Assembly: GCA_964016885.1 (NCBI GenBank)
Contig: OZ024742.1
Span: 172,236,001 to 172,300,000, forward strand
Direction: 5' to 3'
Origin: Eledone cirrhosa
Taxonomy: Eukaryota
Length of the DNA stretch: 64,000 nt
Of this stretch, positions 27,478 through 42,479 are shown one piece after another. Position numbers and translations under genes: made by a program. The notes beneath the pieces are model-generated. The model made no database searches, was not told the DNA's origin, and saw only the letters and a program-made list of their open reading frames with translations. The stretch's first letter is position 1; the number at the start of each line of letters is the position of its first letter.

Positions 27478-28095
27478 TACAAATAAAATATAGAGTTATT
27501 AACTCATATAGGTACCCTGCAATTAAAACAGACTCAAAGTATAAATACCGAGCATTATATAGTAATTATATAGTAATTATATAATTACTATATAATTGTT
27601 TCTACTTTTGGCACAAGGCCAGCAATTATAAAGTACCAGTAATGCACTGGATAATTGCTGGCCTTGTGCCAAAAGTAGAAACAATTATATAGTAATTATA
27701 TAGTAATTATATAGTAATTATATAGTAATTGTAATTATAAAGTACTAGTAATGCACTGGGTAATTGCTGGCCTTGTGCCTAAAGTAGAAACAATTATATA
27801 GTAATTGTGTTTGTAACAGATAATCTGTAGGCTATCATCAGCGAGAGATAAATCAAATGAAACAAAACACCTCTAACAGCAATTTGAGGACCAAAGATAT
27901 GTCCCTCGTGGTCTGCAGGCTATACGTGGTATGAGTAGTTATGCTAGAAATAATAGCCTTATCCCACTCAGTTTATAATCTCACCCATTCAAGGAGCCGA
28001 AATACAAATAAAAATATAGAGTTATTAACTCATATAGGTACCCTGCAATTAAAACACGCTCAAAATATAAATACCGAGGCATTATATAGTAATAT
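27478..28095. repeat. Tandem-ended unit (~85-bp direct repeats) containing rearranged SINE 3' tails
   Basis: 27478-27565 resembles 28004-28092. SINE tails occur inverted and tandem at 27590-27800. A minus-strand CTGATGA lies at 27835-27841. Confidence 0.7.
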
Positions 28096-29339
28096 ATATG
28101 TATAAATAAATACAGTAAATTTCGTGTCTAAAATTACGAGGGTATAAGATACCACTAATGTTTTAAAAATTTAAGCTTAACCATACACTACGATATATTA
28201 ATTTTATACTGACCGTATCAAAAACATTTCATCTCGCGGACAGATTTTAGACTCAATCTGTTTCGCCCTGATATATATATGAATATATGTATGTATGTAT
28301 GTATACTATTTATCCAAAATAGTGTTTGGGTTTACGAAGATAAATATCTATTTTCAGCCTGTAAAAATATATATTTCGTTATAGGATTTGATGCCTTTAT
28401 TAAGGGAGTCAATGGGGAGATGAAATAAATAAATTTAAAGAGGCTTCTATCATAGACTTTTGTGTCAGTGACATTTTGCATGACAACATTCACTACATTA
28501 ACCTGTAGTGATATCTTATTCTTTTACACCATTCACTACATAATAATTTACTATGCACCTTAAACTCAAGATCTCAAAAGGGCTTCTGCATACACCGAGG
28601 AGAGGCAAAACGGGAGAAGTTTGAGAAATATGAGAATGAGTCGTCATATCCACCTGTTATAATGCTATTTATTTTTAATCAAAATGAATACGCATAGGAT
28701 AGTAAAAGGCATATGTGAATACTTTGTTAAATTCCCTTTCTATTTCTTTTTCACTTTGATAAATTTCCTTTTTGATTTTTGGCATTTCATTGTATTTCAT
28801 AGGTACATTGTAATATATATATTATTAAATGACGGACAAATTACCGAATATTAGGAAAATATATGTCTCAAAATTGATCTGCTAGAAAAGTCGGTTGTAA
28901 GCCACATGCAGCCCGTTGGCTACATGTTTGAGACCCTCTTGTACACCATTCATTACAATATATCGTACGAAGATTTTACTGTAAACCATTCACTATGTAA
29001 GTAGTCTGATGTTGTTATATGAAATGGCAATATATTTTCAATATTTCTGTAACATCAAAAGTTACATCATATTTTCCAATTTATAGCTTCAATGCATCTA
29101 TGGAATAACTGCATTACATTAAAGATTGTAGTCTATCTGCCGGGATTTATACAATCTATACATTTTCATGGTAAGCTTTGAAATAGTATTTTAACCGACG
29201 TTTAGAACAACACCATCTTATGCCAAGCACAGGCAAATGCATCCACGATAGCGAACATATTTAATGTTCAACTTTATTAGTAGCTGGGCTTATTAAACTC
29301 GCTTTTAATGTACCCCCCCCATCCCCACACACGCACATG

Positions 29340-29388
<49 letters not shown>

Positions 29389-30521
29389 ACTCCCTCTCCC
29401 TCTCTCACTCTCTTTTAGTGTTAGGACATTATTTATCACTTTATCTGAAGTATTTATTATGGCATTACATACCTGGTATACATTTTGGCCTTAGCTAAAC
29501 ATTACAGTGTTCGTCTCCTTTTTTAAGTACAATTTTTAAGTACAATAATTTCACCCTACAATTTCGTAAGTTGAAAAACGTAGATTTTGGCAATGGTTAC
29601 ACCGACCATACTGAGAAAATTAATAAGCCCGCATTTTCTACTACGCAGTCCGCACTCACAGACAGGTCGTAAAACCATACAACACACTTTACCGCTTCAG
29701 ATATTTCTACAACGTTGTTAAGTGTCAAATATAGTTAGTATTATATTTGTTGATCGTAGGATATTATCCAATATTCGGTTTAATTATACAAATATGTACG
29801 TGGATGTAGCTCGGGCGAATAGCTAATAAGACGGCTTCGTAATCCTTAAGTCACGGGTTCGATGCTACTCCGTCATATCTATGATAAATATCACTTATAG
29901 TCTCAGGTCGACCTATAGGTTTTGGTTAAAATTGTATTGATCGAATCAGTTTTGAAGCCTTTTGGGTGGAATGTAGCTGTAATTGACAGGGCCAGCCTTG
30001 TCATACAATATATGGCACTAGATGCCCCTAAGAATTCATGTACGGATCCATGTGGCATGTTAAACCACCTTCACCTTAATTCCATGAACCGGCTCTTCCA
30101 TTGATCTATAAACTGGAACATTCCTCAACATTCATCATCGAAACTGACGGAGCTCCATACCAATAAACACCACAGAATTCTATAAAACTGATCATTTAAG
30201 TTTCAGTAATACGCCTCTCTGTGACTACACACAAGGCCTCTGTCTAGTTGGCAAACTTTTAGCGTCAGCCCTTCCCATAACACGTCTGAATGGAATACAT
30301 ACAATAAGGTTTGTATGAAACATATTAAGACCATTGGCAAACAAGTCCCAACCGGTGTCTGTTCAAGGCTCGACCTTGACAGTTGTCAATATTACACACA
30401 CGCACACTGAAACATGCATAGAGGCACTCACTATCACAGACGTGTATACATATGAACACTGTCACATACATACACACATTCTCACTATCAAATACATAGA
30501 GATATATTCACACACTGACAC

Positions 30522-30620
<99 letters not shown>

Positions 30621-30799
30621 ATTATCTATACCGTCTTACAAGCTATCATGTACACGTAGAACTACACAAACAGACAACCATACACAAGCACTGTTATAAC
30701 AAAAACGGACATATAACGAATTATTTTTGACCATAAATTGTTCATGTAAGTCGTTTAGACTTAATCTATCAAGAATTAAAACATTTTAAAATGAAATTA

Positions 30800-30928
30800 T
30801 GACATTGTAGAATAGTGAGTTCCGGGATGCGTTTCCGTACATTAATTACAAAAGTGCAAAGGTGCTTCTTAAGTTATACTTTTGTAATTACTGTACGGAA
30901 ACACTTCTAAAGATTCATTATTCTGTCA
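30800..30928. repeat. Imperfect palindrome (MITE-like)
   Basis: tttccgtacattaattacaaaagt / acttttgtaattactgtacggaaa arms. Confidence 0.5.
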
Positions 30929-30960
30929 TATATACCTAGGGTGGTGGATTGGCAGTATCG

Positions 30961-31165
30961 TAGATCATGGAGAAACCTTTTCGTCATCAGGGTGTCATTC
31001 TCAGCTACGATACCTGGCGATGTGGGGACACAGGGAACCTATACAAAAATATTCAGTGGATGTAAAAGAGCAAGCGGGGACTAAATTCCAAGACACTGAA
31101 AAAAATCACTGCTTTTTTGTTCGGTGGCAAATTCAAAAGAATCAATCACGTGACATCGAGGTTAA
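30961..31165 (+). repeat. Inverted partial copy of the 32005-32537 LTR
   Basis: Reverse complement of ~32330-32534. Confidence 0.88.
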
Positions 31166-31176
31166 TCCGTACTTTG

Positions 31177-31935
31177 TTATAACCACTTATAACAAAGTAC
31201 TGGGTATTTCTGGAGAATGCAGTTGTATCGCGAAGTCTCTGACTGGCAAATTACATGGCTCACTGTGGATTGCGTGGTAAATATACCTCTCACAGTGAGG
31301 TTTGTGGTGGTGTCAATAAGCCTCCAGTTCTTCATATCCACCAGACGGTTGAAGTGGTGGATAAAATCGGCTCCTAGGATAGGGGTCGGCAGGTCTGCCA
31401 CGACGAACACCCATTGATAAAGCCGACTCAGGCCGGAATTGAGGGTCAGTGATTTTTTCCCGAAAGTCGGAATTGACAATCGGTTCACTGCCTGCAGAAA
31501 TGTCGGGGTTGGGTGTCTTTTGCCAGAGATTAGTGAAACAGGAATAACACTAACCTGGGCTCCTGTATCCACGAGGTAACGGATGCCTGTCGCCTGGTCG
31601 TTAATAAAAAATAGACGACTTTTCTTTTCAGTACCAGAGGTGAACCTCGTCGCTAGGCACTGGGTGGTATTCTGGAAAGAGCACGGGGCTTTGCACTTAG
31701 ATGCCTGTGCGCCGAAATTTGAGTGATACCAGCAGAGGTTGCCAGGCAAACGATTCTGACTGGGACTTCTGGATCTTCGACTGTGAAAAGGCCTGGATCG
31801 ATTGTTGCTGCGTCGCCGGCGTGTTTGAAAGTTCAAGTTCTCTACTTGATTCGAGAGGGCTTTAATTTGACCAGCCCGCTCTCTGATCATAGCCCGCAGA
31901 TCTGAAATATCGGCCTCTGTCGTTGGTTGCGACAT
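31177..31935 (-). pseudogene. gypsy gag C-terminus + aspartic protease fragment
   Basis: CWYHSNFGAQASKCKAPC knuckle, YLVDTGAQVSVIP, ILGADF. Confidence 0.92.
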
Positions 31936-31970
31936 GTCCGTGTTGGTATCTTCTTAGGTGCTGTCTGTCT

Positions 31971-32002
31971 GGTTGCGCGTTCGACTCACGTCCGTGTCAC
32001 CA
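31971..32002 (-). promoter_or_regulatory. Extended tRNA-Trp primer binding site
   Basis: Plus strand GGTTGCGCGTTCGACTCACGTCCGTGTCACCA matches the recalled metazoan tRNA-Trp 3' end including CCA at 27/32 positions. Confidence 0.8.
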
Positions 32003-32004
32003 AT

Positions 32005-32537
32005 TGTTTAGTCGTTATATTCCCTTTGAGAAACTATTTAGTTGGAGTGAAATTTAAGTAAGTAAGCTAATTACTATAATTTTCTTATTTTACATTTTTC
32101 ATATAATTGTTCTGCATCCCCTTCCATTGAACCACAAAGTTACTAAGACACAACCTATATATTTGCTTGCATAGGTATACATCTGTATATATATATATAT
32201 GTTGGTAGATATACTAATTCTTTATAATTATCTCCAAATTATTTTGTTGAGCAAAAATTTGCCAAAATTACTACTATAGTTCATAGTAACAGCTTGGCTA
32301 CTGTCTTTTTAACACCCCACTCCTCACTGATTAACCTCGATGTCACGTGATTGATTCTTTTGAATTTGCCACCGAACAAGAAGGCAGTGATTTTGTTCAG
32401 TGTCTTGGAATTTAGTCCCCGCTTGCTCTTTTCCATCCACTGAATATTTTTGTATAAGTTTCCCGTGTCCATGCATCGCCAGGTATCTTAGCTGAGAATG
32501 ACTCCCTGATGACGAAAAGGTTTCTCCATGATCTCCA
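32005..32537 (-). repeat. gypsy LTR (TG...CA), followed by a partial tandem copy at 32538-32745
   Basis: Ends ...TAAACA 2 nt before the PBS on the minus strand; tandem period ~524 bp. Confidence 0.75.
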
Positions 32538-32572
32538 TGTATATTCCCTTTCAGAAACTATTTAGTTGGAGT
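32501..32572 (+). ncRNA. HHR motif spanning the LTR-LTR junction (antisense to gypsy)
   Basis: actcc-CTGATGA-c gaaaagg...ccctttc a-GAAA-ctatttag-TT-ggagt. Confidence 0.6.
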
Positions 32573-32744
32573 GAAATTTAAGTAAGTAAGCTAATTACTA
32601 TAATTTTCTTACTTTACATTTTTCATATAATTGTTCTGCATCCCCTTGCATTGAACCACAAAGTTACTAAGACAAAACCTATATATTTGCGTGCATAGGT
32701 ATACATCTGTATATATATGTTGGTAGATACACTAATTCTTTATA

Positions 32745-32784
<40 letters not shown>

Positions 32785-33150
32785 AAACACATGGAAAGAA
32801 AGAGGAAAACTGCGTGGTAGCACATGGGTTACATATTATAAAATTAGTCCCTCATCAGTGATTTGCCAACCATCATTGATATTTCATCGCATTAAAAATC
32901 ATATACCTCAGGTTGGTGCGAGCAATAACTAAAATAAACTATTGGGACAAGTGAATCGCGTAAAGCGAGTGAGACAAGTAAACAACATAGAAGGAAAAGC
33001 AAACCGAATGTAGGAAAAAAGCAAGCATCATGATGGTTATCCGGTCAGCATAAACTTGGTGAATTTCATGAGCGCTCAGAAAACAAACCGTCCGACGTGA
33101 ATGAGATGTGAGAAAGAAAGAATCTCACTAATATTTATATATATATATAT

Positions 33151-33343
33151 GAAAAAGTATAACCCCGACGGCAGAACTCAAGCCGTTTCGACGGCTATTT
33201 CTGGAGTCCAGAAATAGCCGTCGAAACGGCTTCAGCTCTGCCGTCGGGGTCATACATTTTCCTATTTCCCACTCTACTACCCTAAGTCTTGAGTACTCTG
33301 GTGCGTTATGGTCTATCTGGTTCCTTACCACAATTCCTTTGTT
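33151..33343 (+). repeat. Family X palindromic module
   Basis: ~110-bp palindrome centred on ctggagtccag, plus an ~85-bp tail ending cacaattcctttgt-(TA)n. Confidence 0.85.
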
Positions 33344-33373
33344 ATATACATATTGTATATGTATATATATATG

Positions 33374-33432
<59 letters not shown>

Positions 33433-33439
<7 letters not shown>

Positions 33440-34010
33440 CGTAAAATAAGAAAATTATAAAATTGACTTACTTACTAAAATATCACTCCCAACTAATTAG
33501 TTACTGAAAGGGAATAAACAGAATAAACATACTTTCCGAAGAAGCGTACAGGGAAGTCTATTCTCAGCTAAGATTCCAGGCAAAACGTGGACACAGGGAA
33601 TATATACAAAAATAATTCAGTGGATGGAAAAGAGCAGAGCGTGGACTAAATTCCTAGCCATTGAGAAAATCACTGCCTACTGCGTCGGTGGCAAATTCAA
33701 AAGAATCAATCACGTGACATCGAGGTCAATCAGTGGAAAGTGGTTTGTTAAGAAGACAGCAGCCTGACTGTTACTATAGCAGCAGTTTTGGCTAATTTTT
33801 GCTCGACAAATAATTTGGAGATAATTATAAAGAATTAGTATATCTAGTAACATATATATACACAAATGCATATTTATGCTAGCAAATATATAGGTTTTGT
33901 CTTAGTAACTTTGTGGTTCAATGCATGGGGTTGCAGAACAATTATATGAGAGACGTAAAATAAGAAAATTATAAAATTAACTTACTTACTACATTTCACT
34001 CCCAACTAAT
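33433..34010 (+). repeat. Permuted tandem copy (~514-bp period) of the 32005 LTR family within (TA)n
   Basis: Homologous to the reverse complement of 32005-32620; terminal ~62-bp direct repeat (33433 / 33947); no gypsy internal sequence. Confidence 0.85.
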
Positions 34011-36864
<2,854 letters not shown>

Positions 36865-36999
36865 TGAAAAAAAAAGAACAAAGGAACTATTATGACATAT
36901 ATATATAAGGAAAAGAAATTGAAAATGAAGCTGGAGTATTTTACTCTATCGGTTTGACAGTTTTATGATTTTCAATAGTATTTTTAAAAATCTTACTTT

Positions 37000-37044
<45 letters not shown>

Positions 37045-38186
37045 TGAGTCAAAAATATCGGTACTAAGTCAAAATTAGATTGTGGTATAGCTGACTATTT
37101 ACATTTCAGCATGCAGTCAAACAAACAATGTACACGTAGTGTACAATTTACTTAGACACTTATATGTTGCATGGGGTCTACCGAGTCAGTTACATTTCAG
37201 TGAGCAATATACCTCAACATCAACTATCAAACCTAACCTACGAAACACGCCAGGACACTTTACATTGTGTCTCCACGAAAACTACACATTGAGTGTCCAT
37301 GAATAAATAAGAAAACCTACCAGCGCAGTCTGCTGCGCTATCGCAGGTGAGAATTTCAATATCCATCTGGTCTCTTCGATATATTTACCTGTGCTCATGC
37401 CTATCCAGAAAACATACCCACAACGTGGGAAAAACGCTGCTACGTGGGAAACTCTCTTTATTATCTATGTGCATACGCAATGTACAGATTAGAATGAAAC
37501 AAGTTAAATGATAACTACCTCGGCTGCACAATTCCACTTTTGACAATCAAAATTAAATAACAGGTCACTATTAATTCCTCGTTGTTCCGAAAACACATGG
37601 TAAATTCGGAATCAAAGATAAAAGATTTATCATCATGATAATAGCCATAGAACGCAACAGAAGCATTCTGCGGATCAAGGAACATGGATAAAAGAAATTG
37701 AACTGCTCATCAATAACATACATTAATTTGATTCGGCTAGCCAAAATAAATAAAGAAATAAATGAGTGAATAATTATACACGTAGGTTGAACAAACACAC
37801 TACACGGCAAGGAAAACATTAAACGGTTAGCTGATAGGCTGTCGCCACAATATATCCGTTTTTTTTTTTTTTTGTATTTTACTACTAGCTGTTTGCCTTT
37901 GCTGATTCCACCCATCAGCATTCTTTCAATCCTAAATTCAACGCGACCTACGTACAAGTGTCCTATTCGACATTCGCAAAGAATCCCGTGATAATGGATG
38001 TTCATCCGAAATATATTGGCGTGGTTATATATTTTTATGTTGATATTAAATCTATATTCTTTTCTCCCTTTCTTCCACTCAAACGCATTCCTCAACCAAT
38101 TCTGTTACCTTAATATTTACAACTTCACAAGTATTATAGCTGTCCTCAAGACATAACTTCATGCCCGCAAACGTACACACACGCAT

Positions 38187-38217
<31 letters not shown>

Positions 38218-38412
38218 ATATATATGTGTGTGTGTGTATATATATATAACATATTATATTATATTTGGGGATGGGCTATAATTTTCACTTCATCTTTATT
38301 GTTTGTTTCTTTTTCTATTAGCATTATTCGCAGCATGACTACTCCCAAATAGAACGATATCTGTTTCAATAGACAATTCCATGCCAAGAATCATGTAGAA
38401 CAATACATTACC

Positions 38413-38464
<52 letters not shown>

Positions 38465-38601
38465 ATACTTTGGGAGGGTTATGTTGCCAATAAGAAACAC
38501 ACGCACCAGTTGCTTTCACTCCAATTTATTATAAATTTAAAAAAAATTATAAATTTCCGGTTGGGTGGTTGGTTCCACAACCGGCCGTTTGTTCGTATAT
38601 T

Positions 38602-38644
38602 GTCAAAGTTCTTTCGTCACACATTCTGTGACTTCATCAATGAC
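38602..38644 (-). ncRNA. Type-I HHR variant (TTGATGA core)
   Basis: Minus strand: gtca-TTGATGA-a gtcaca gaa tgtgtgac-GAAA-gaac-TT-tgac. Confidence 0.6.
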
Positions 38645-39073
38645 CGGTGTTTCTTTTCTTTGTTTTGTGATTCTCCTTTGTTCTGTCCTACGCCATCTTG
38701 TTTTTGTGTGTGTTGTGTGAACATAAGGGCAAATTAGAGAACATAGAAATAAAAATAAAATCTACACACAGAAAAGACGCAATGTTGAGACACATCACAG
38801 AGGCAATAAACATAAATGAACTCCAACCAAAATTAAATAAACATGAATGGAATAGCAACATCACAACTTACAATTAAGGAAAAAATGAAAACACACACAC
38901 ATAGAACAAACAACCAACTAGTAACATGTAAATAAACAAATAAATAAACAAATAAAAACGCACACAGACACCCGGATGTAACACATGCGCAAACTAAGCA
39001 CACAACACACACAAAAACAAGATGGCGTAGGACAGAACAAAGAAGAGGCACACAACAAAGAAAAGAATCCCGG

Positions 39074-39116
39074 GTCACTGATGAGGTCACATAATGGGTG
39101 ACGAAAGAACTTTGAC
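39074..39116 (+). ncRNA. Minimal type-I HHR
   Basis: gtca-CTGATGA-g gtcac ataatgg gtgac-GAAA-gaac-TT-tgac. Confidence 0.78.
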
Positions 39117-39324
39117 ATACATGAACAACCGTCCGGTTGTGGAACCAACCAACCAACCGGCCGGAAATTCATACATTTTTTTAAATTTATAATTTAATTT
39201 TTAATAAATTGAAGTGAAAGCAACTTATTGGCAATATGACCCTCCCAAAGTATAACAATATCGGTTTCAACACACATTTTCAGATAAAGAATCTTGCTAA
39301 ACAAATTCAGAAATGAAATAAATA

Positions 39325-40857
39325 TGGGACGGTTGGAGGGTCACTGATGAAGGAGTCACTTTTTTATATGCACCACCATTTGCAACGGGCAGCCATCATT
39401 ATTATCATGTTTACACATAATTTTTCTTCTGCTGCTATCTGTCCGTTTCGTCCTTTGTACCTTTACCCTTTCTCGTTCTTTGTACCTTTTACCCTTTCTA
39501 GCAGTCTCTCTCTCTCTGTTAGCCTCCTCCTCAACTTTCACTCACTCATTCTCTGTCACTACCTCTCCTCCTCTTCTTTCCTCCTCCTCCTTCAAGTTTG
39601 ACCTGTGTGAAATTCTTTTCTCGCGCGTCCTGGTCAAGCTGGTATGGAATTTTTTTTCTCTCTCTCTTTCGTCTGCGACTTCACAAAACTTATGTTTACC
39701 GAATTCGTAGACCAGACCCCTTCTTCTTCTTCTTCTTCTTCTTCTTCTTCTTCTTCTTCCCCCCCCCCGTTAGACTTGTGCGAAATTCCTTCCTTTCTCA
39801 CATTTCAACCAGGTTTGATGGTCTTTTGTCTCTTGTTCACGATTTCACCGAGTTTATATTCATAGAGATCTGGGACTTGTCTATTTCTTCTCACTTTCCG
39901 TTGCTTAAACCATTTTGTTTGTTACCCTAACGTCCCCTTTATTTACGTGTCCCAACGACTTTTTTTAGCCGTTGTTCGCACCAACCTGAGGCATATGGCC
40001 CTTAAAGCGATGAAATGCCTGGGACGGTTGGAGGATCACTGATGAAGGACTCACTTTTTCATATGCACCACCATTTGCAACGGGCAGCCATCATTATTAT
40101 CATATTTACACATAATTTTTCTTCTGCTGCTATCCGTCCGTTTCGTCCTTTGTACCTTTACCCTTTCTCGTTCTTTGTACCTTTTACCCTTTCTAGCAGT
40201 CTCTCTCTCTGTTAGCCTCCTCCTCAACTTTCACTCACTCATTCTCTGTCACTACCTCTCCTCCTCCTCCTCTTTCCTCCTCCTCCTTCAAGTTTGACCT
40301 GTGTGAAATTCTTTTCTCGCGCGTCCTGGTCAAGCTGGTATGGAATTTTTTTTCTCTCTCTCTTTCGTCTGCGACTTCACAGAACTTATGTTTACCGAAT
40401 TCGTAGACCAGACCCCTTCTTTTTCTTCGTCTTCTTCTTCTTCTTCTTCTTCTTCTTCTTCTTCTTCTTCTTCTTCTTCTTCTTCTTCTTCTTCTTCTTC
40501 TTCTTCTTCTCCCCCCCCGTTAGACTTGTGCGAAATTCCTTCCTTTCTCACATTTCAACCAGGTTTGATGGTCTTTTGTCTCTTGTTCACGATTTCACCG
40601 AGTTTATATTCATAGAGATCTGGGACTTGTCTATTTCTTCTCACTTTCCGTTGCTTAAACCATTTTGTTTGTTACCCTAACTTTCCCTTTATTTACGTGT
40701 CCCAACGACTTTTTTTAGCCGTTGTTCGCACCAACCTGAGGCATATGGCCCTTAAAGCGATGAAATGCCTGGGACGGTTGGAGGATCACTGATGAAGGAC
40801 TCACTTTTTCATATGCACCACCATTTGCAACGGGCAGCCATCATTATTATCATATTT

Positions 40858-40860
<3 letters not shown>
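39325..40860 (+). repeat. Tandem array, ~2.1 copies of a 695-750-bp pyrimidine-rich unit
   Basis: Units start tgggacggttggag at 39325, 40020 and 40770 and differ mainly in (TTC)n length. Each has a CTGATGAAGG half-HHR. Confidence 0.92.
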
Positions 40861-40934
<74 letters not shown>

Positions 40935-40954
40935 GTAATAATAATATTAAAAGT

Positions 40955-41166
40955 GAAGACTAAAATCCGAAGAGGGCTCAACAAGGATAATATATATATA
41001 TAAAAACATATCAAACCATAGAGCAAATATTTATTAAAATAACAGATTAAACTGTAAGCAAAACATCGATGCTTTCACCCTTAACGGCATCTTCTGAAAC
41101 TCAGAAACTCCCGTTAAGGGTGAAAGCACCGATTCTTTGCTTAAACTTTAATTTGTTATTTTAATA
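40955..41166. repeat. Fold-back copy of the 18137 family
   Basis: 41032-41087 is the reverse complement of 41111-41166. Confidence 0.75.
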
Positions 41167-41175
41167 AATAAATAA

Positions 41176-41250
<75 letters not shown>

Positions 41251-41344
41251 TTTACATATATATATACATACACATACATATACGTGTTTTGCAACTGGTC
41301 ACTTTTTGGCTCAATGACAAATTAATAAATTAAACAATCAGAGC

Positions 41345-41585
41345 TATATATCATAAAACATGTCTATAGAATCACTAGATAAAATATATACTATTTCCTC
41401 TCCCAATTAGCATAATTAACTAGATAAAAAATCGAATAGACCAGGCTATACGAATGAGGCTTCTATGAAGGAATCTCCAACAAATAACCCAAAACTAGCG
41501 CTTCGCGTCGGCCGCATTGGAATATTTATCGAATATTTCGACAGCGTAATCGCCTAGATACATCTTGTGATTCTATAGACATGTT

Positions 41586-41595
<10 letters not shown>
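41345..41595. repeat. Short unit with ~35-bp inverted termini beside (TA)n
   Basis: ataaaacatgtctatagaatcac / gtgattctatagacatgttttat. Confidence 0.65.
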
Positions 41596-41624
<29 letters not shown>

Positions 41625-41891
41625 AAAGAAGGTGTAGTCAGATACCAGATCTATCATAACGCACCGCAGCAGAGTACTCAAGTAGTAGAGTGGGTAATAA
41701 GAAACGGCCAGAGCTCAGCTGTCGGGTTCCTGACTCTTTTCCTATTACCCACCCAGCTAGATTCCCACCGTTCTAAATAATGCTACTCTATCTTATAGAC
41801 TCTGAAATGATGAAATGGAAATCTAACCTCGATGGGATTTGACCTCAGAAACTACCGATTCTGCTAACAATAATAATAATAATATATGTCT

Positions 41892-42082
41892 TTGGCAGTA
41901 TCGGTAGAGGGTCGGACGTCATTCTTTGACGCATACATTTACGGCTCTTTCCATTCTGAATTCAAATCCCGACGAAGACAACTTTGCCTTTCATCCTTAC
42001 AGGGTCGATAAAATAAAGTACCAGTAATATACTGGGTAATTGCTGGCCATGTGCCAAAAGTAGAAACATTATTATTATTATT
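41892..42082 (+). mobile_element. tRNA-derived SINE with Meta-domain-like core and (ATT)n tail
   Basis: Same family as 17446; A and B boxes and gcctttcatcc...gtcgataaaataaagtaccag. Confidence 0.85.
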
Positions 42083-42479
42083 GCATGCCATGGTTGACGG
42101 AGGCTCGGCTCTGTAAGGTACAGTCATTTTTAACCGCTATAACAATTGTAAATTGTTTAAAACTTGAACCACGCTCCTACTCGTGAGAGGGGTCTTTCTG
42201 CCCGTTATTTGCCACTTCGGGGTTAAATAATCGCTTATTGGGGTTTTGTGCCCAATATTCATTTTAAACCGTAAAAAAACATGGCTATAACAAATAATTG
42301 TCACAAGTCACTCCTACTCTTTCCGTCTTCTTCTTGCTCAATCGTCATTACATCAGAGAGAAGATTGTCTCTCACCCTCCCTTCTCTAAATGTGGTGTCG
42401 CCTCTTTCGCAAGCGACGCCATTAAATAAAAATAAAAATTATAGTTTCTGGTAGCTTTCACCAAGAAAACGGGCATACC

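Larger units (their letters stand above)
38461..39320 (+). mobile_element. Second copy of the 19.5-21.3-kb PLE family: inverted partial pLTR + GIY-YIG tail + pLTR
   Basis: 38461-38718 is inverted relative to 39000-39258; 38721-38877 encodes HKGKLENIEIKIKSTHRKDAMLRHITEA. Confidence 0.9.

Noticed and set aside
27550-27800. Short repeats with spacers resembling a CRISPR array
   Set aside because: They are SINE tail duplicates and 9-mer stutters in a eukaryotic context, with no unique spacers or cas genes.
37571-38095. 174-aa ORF and a Helitron-like hairpin + CTAG end on the minus strand
   Set aside because: The ORF runs through poly-A with no homology I recognise; no 5' TC end or second copy supports a Helitron.
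39980-40030. SECIS-like hairpin (TGA...AAA) upstream of a half-HHR
   Set aside because: It lacks the 3' NGAN needed for the G.A quartet, and there is no upstream UGA-containing ORF.
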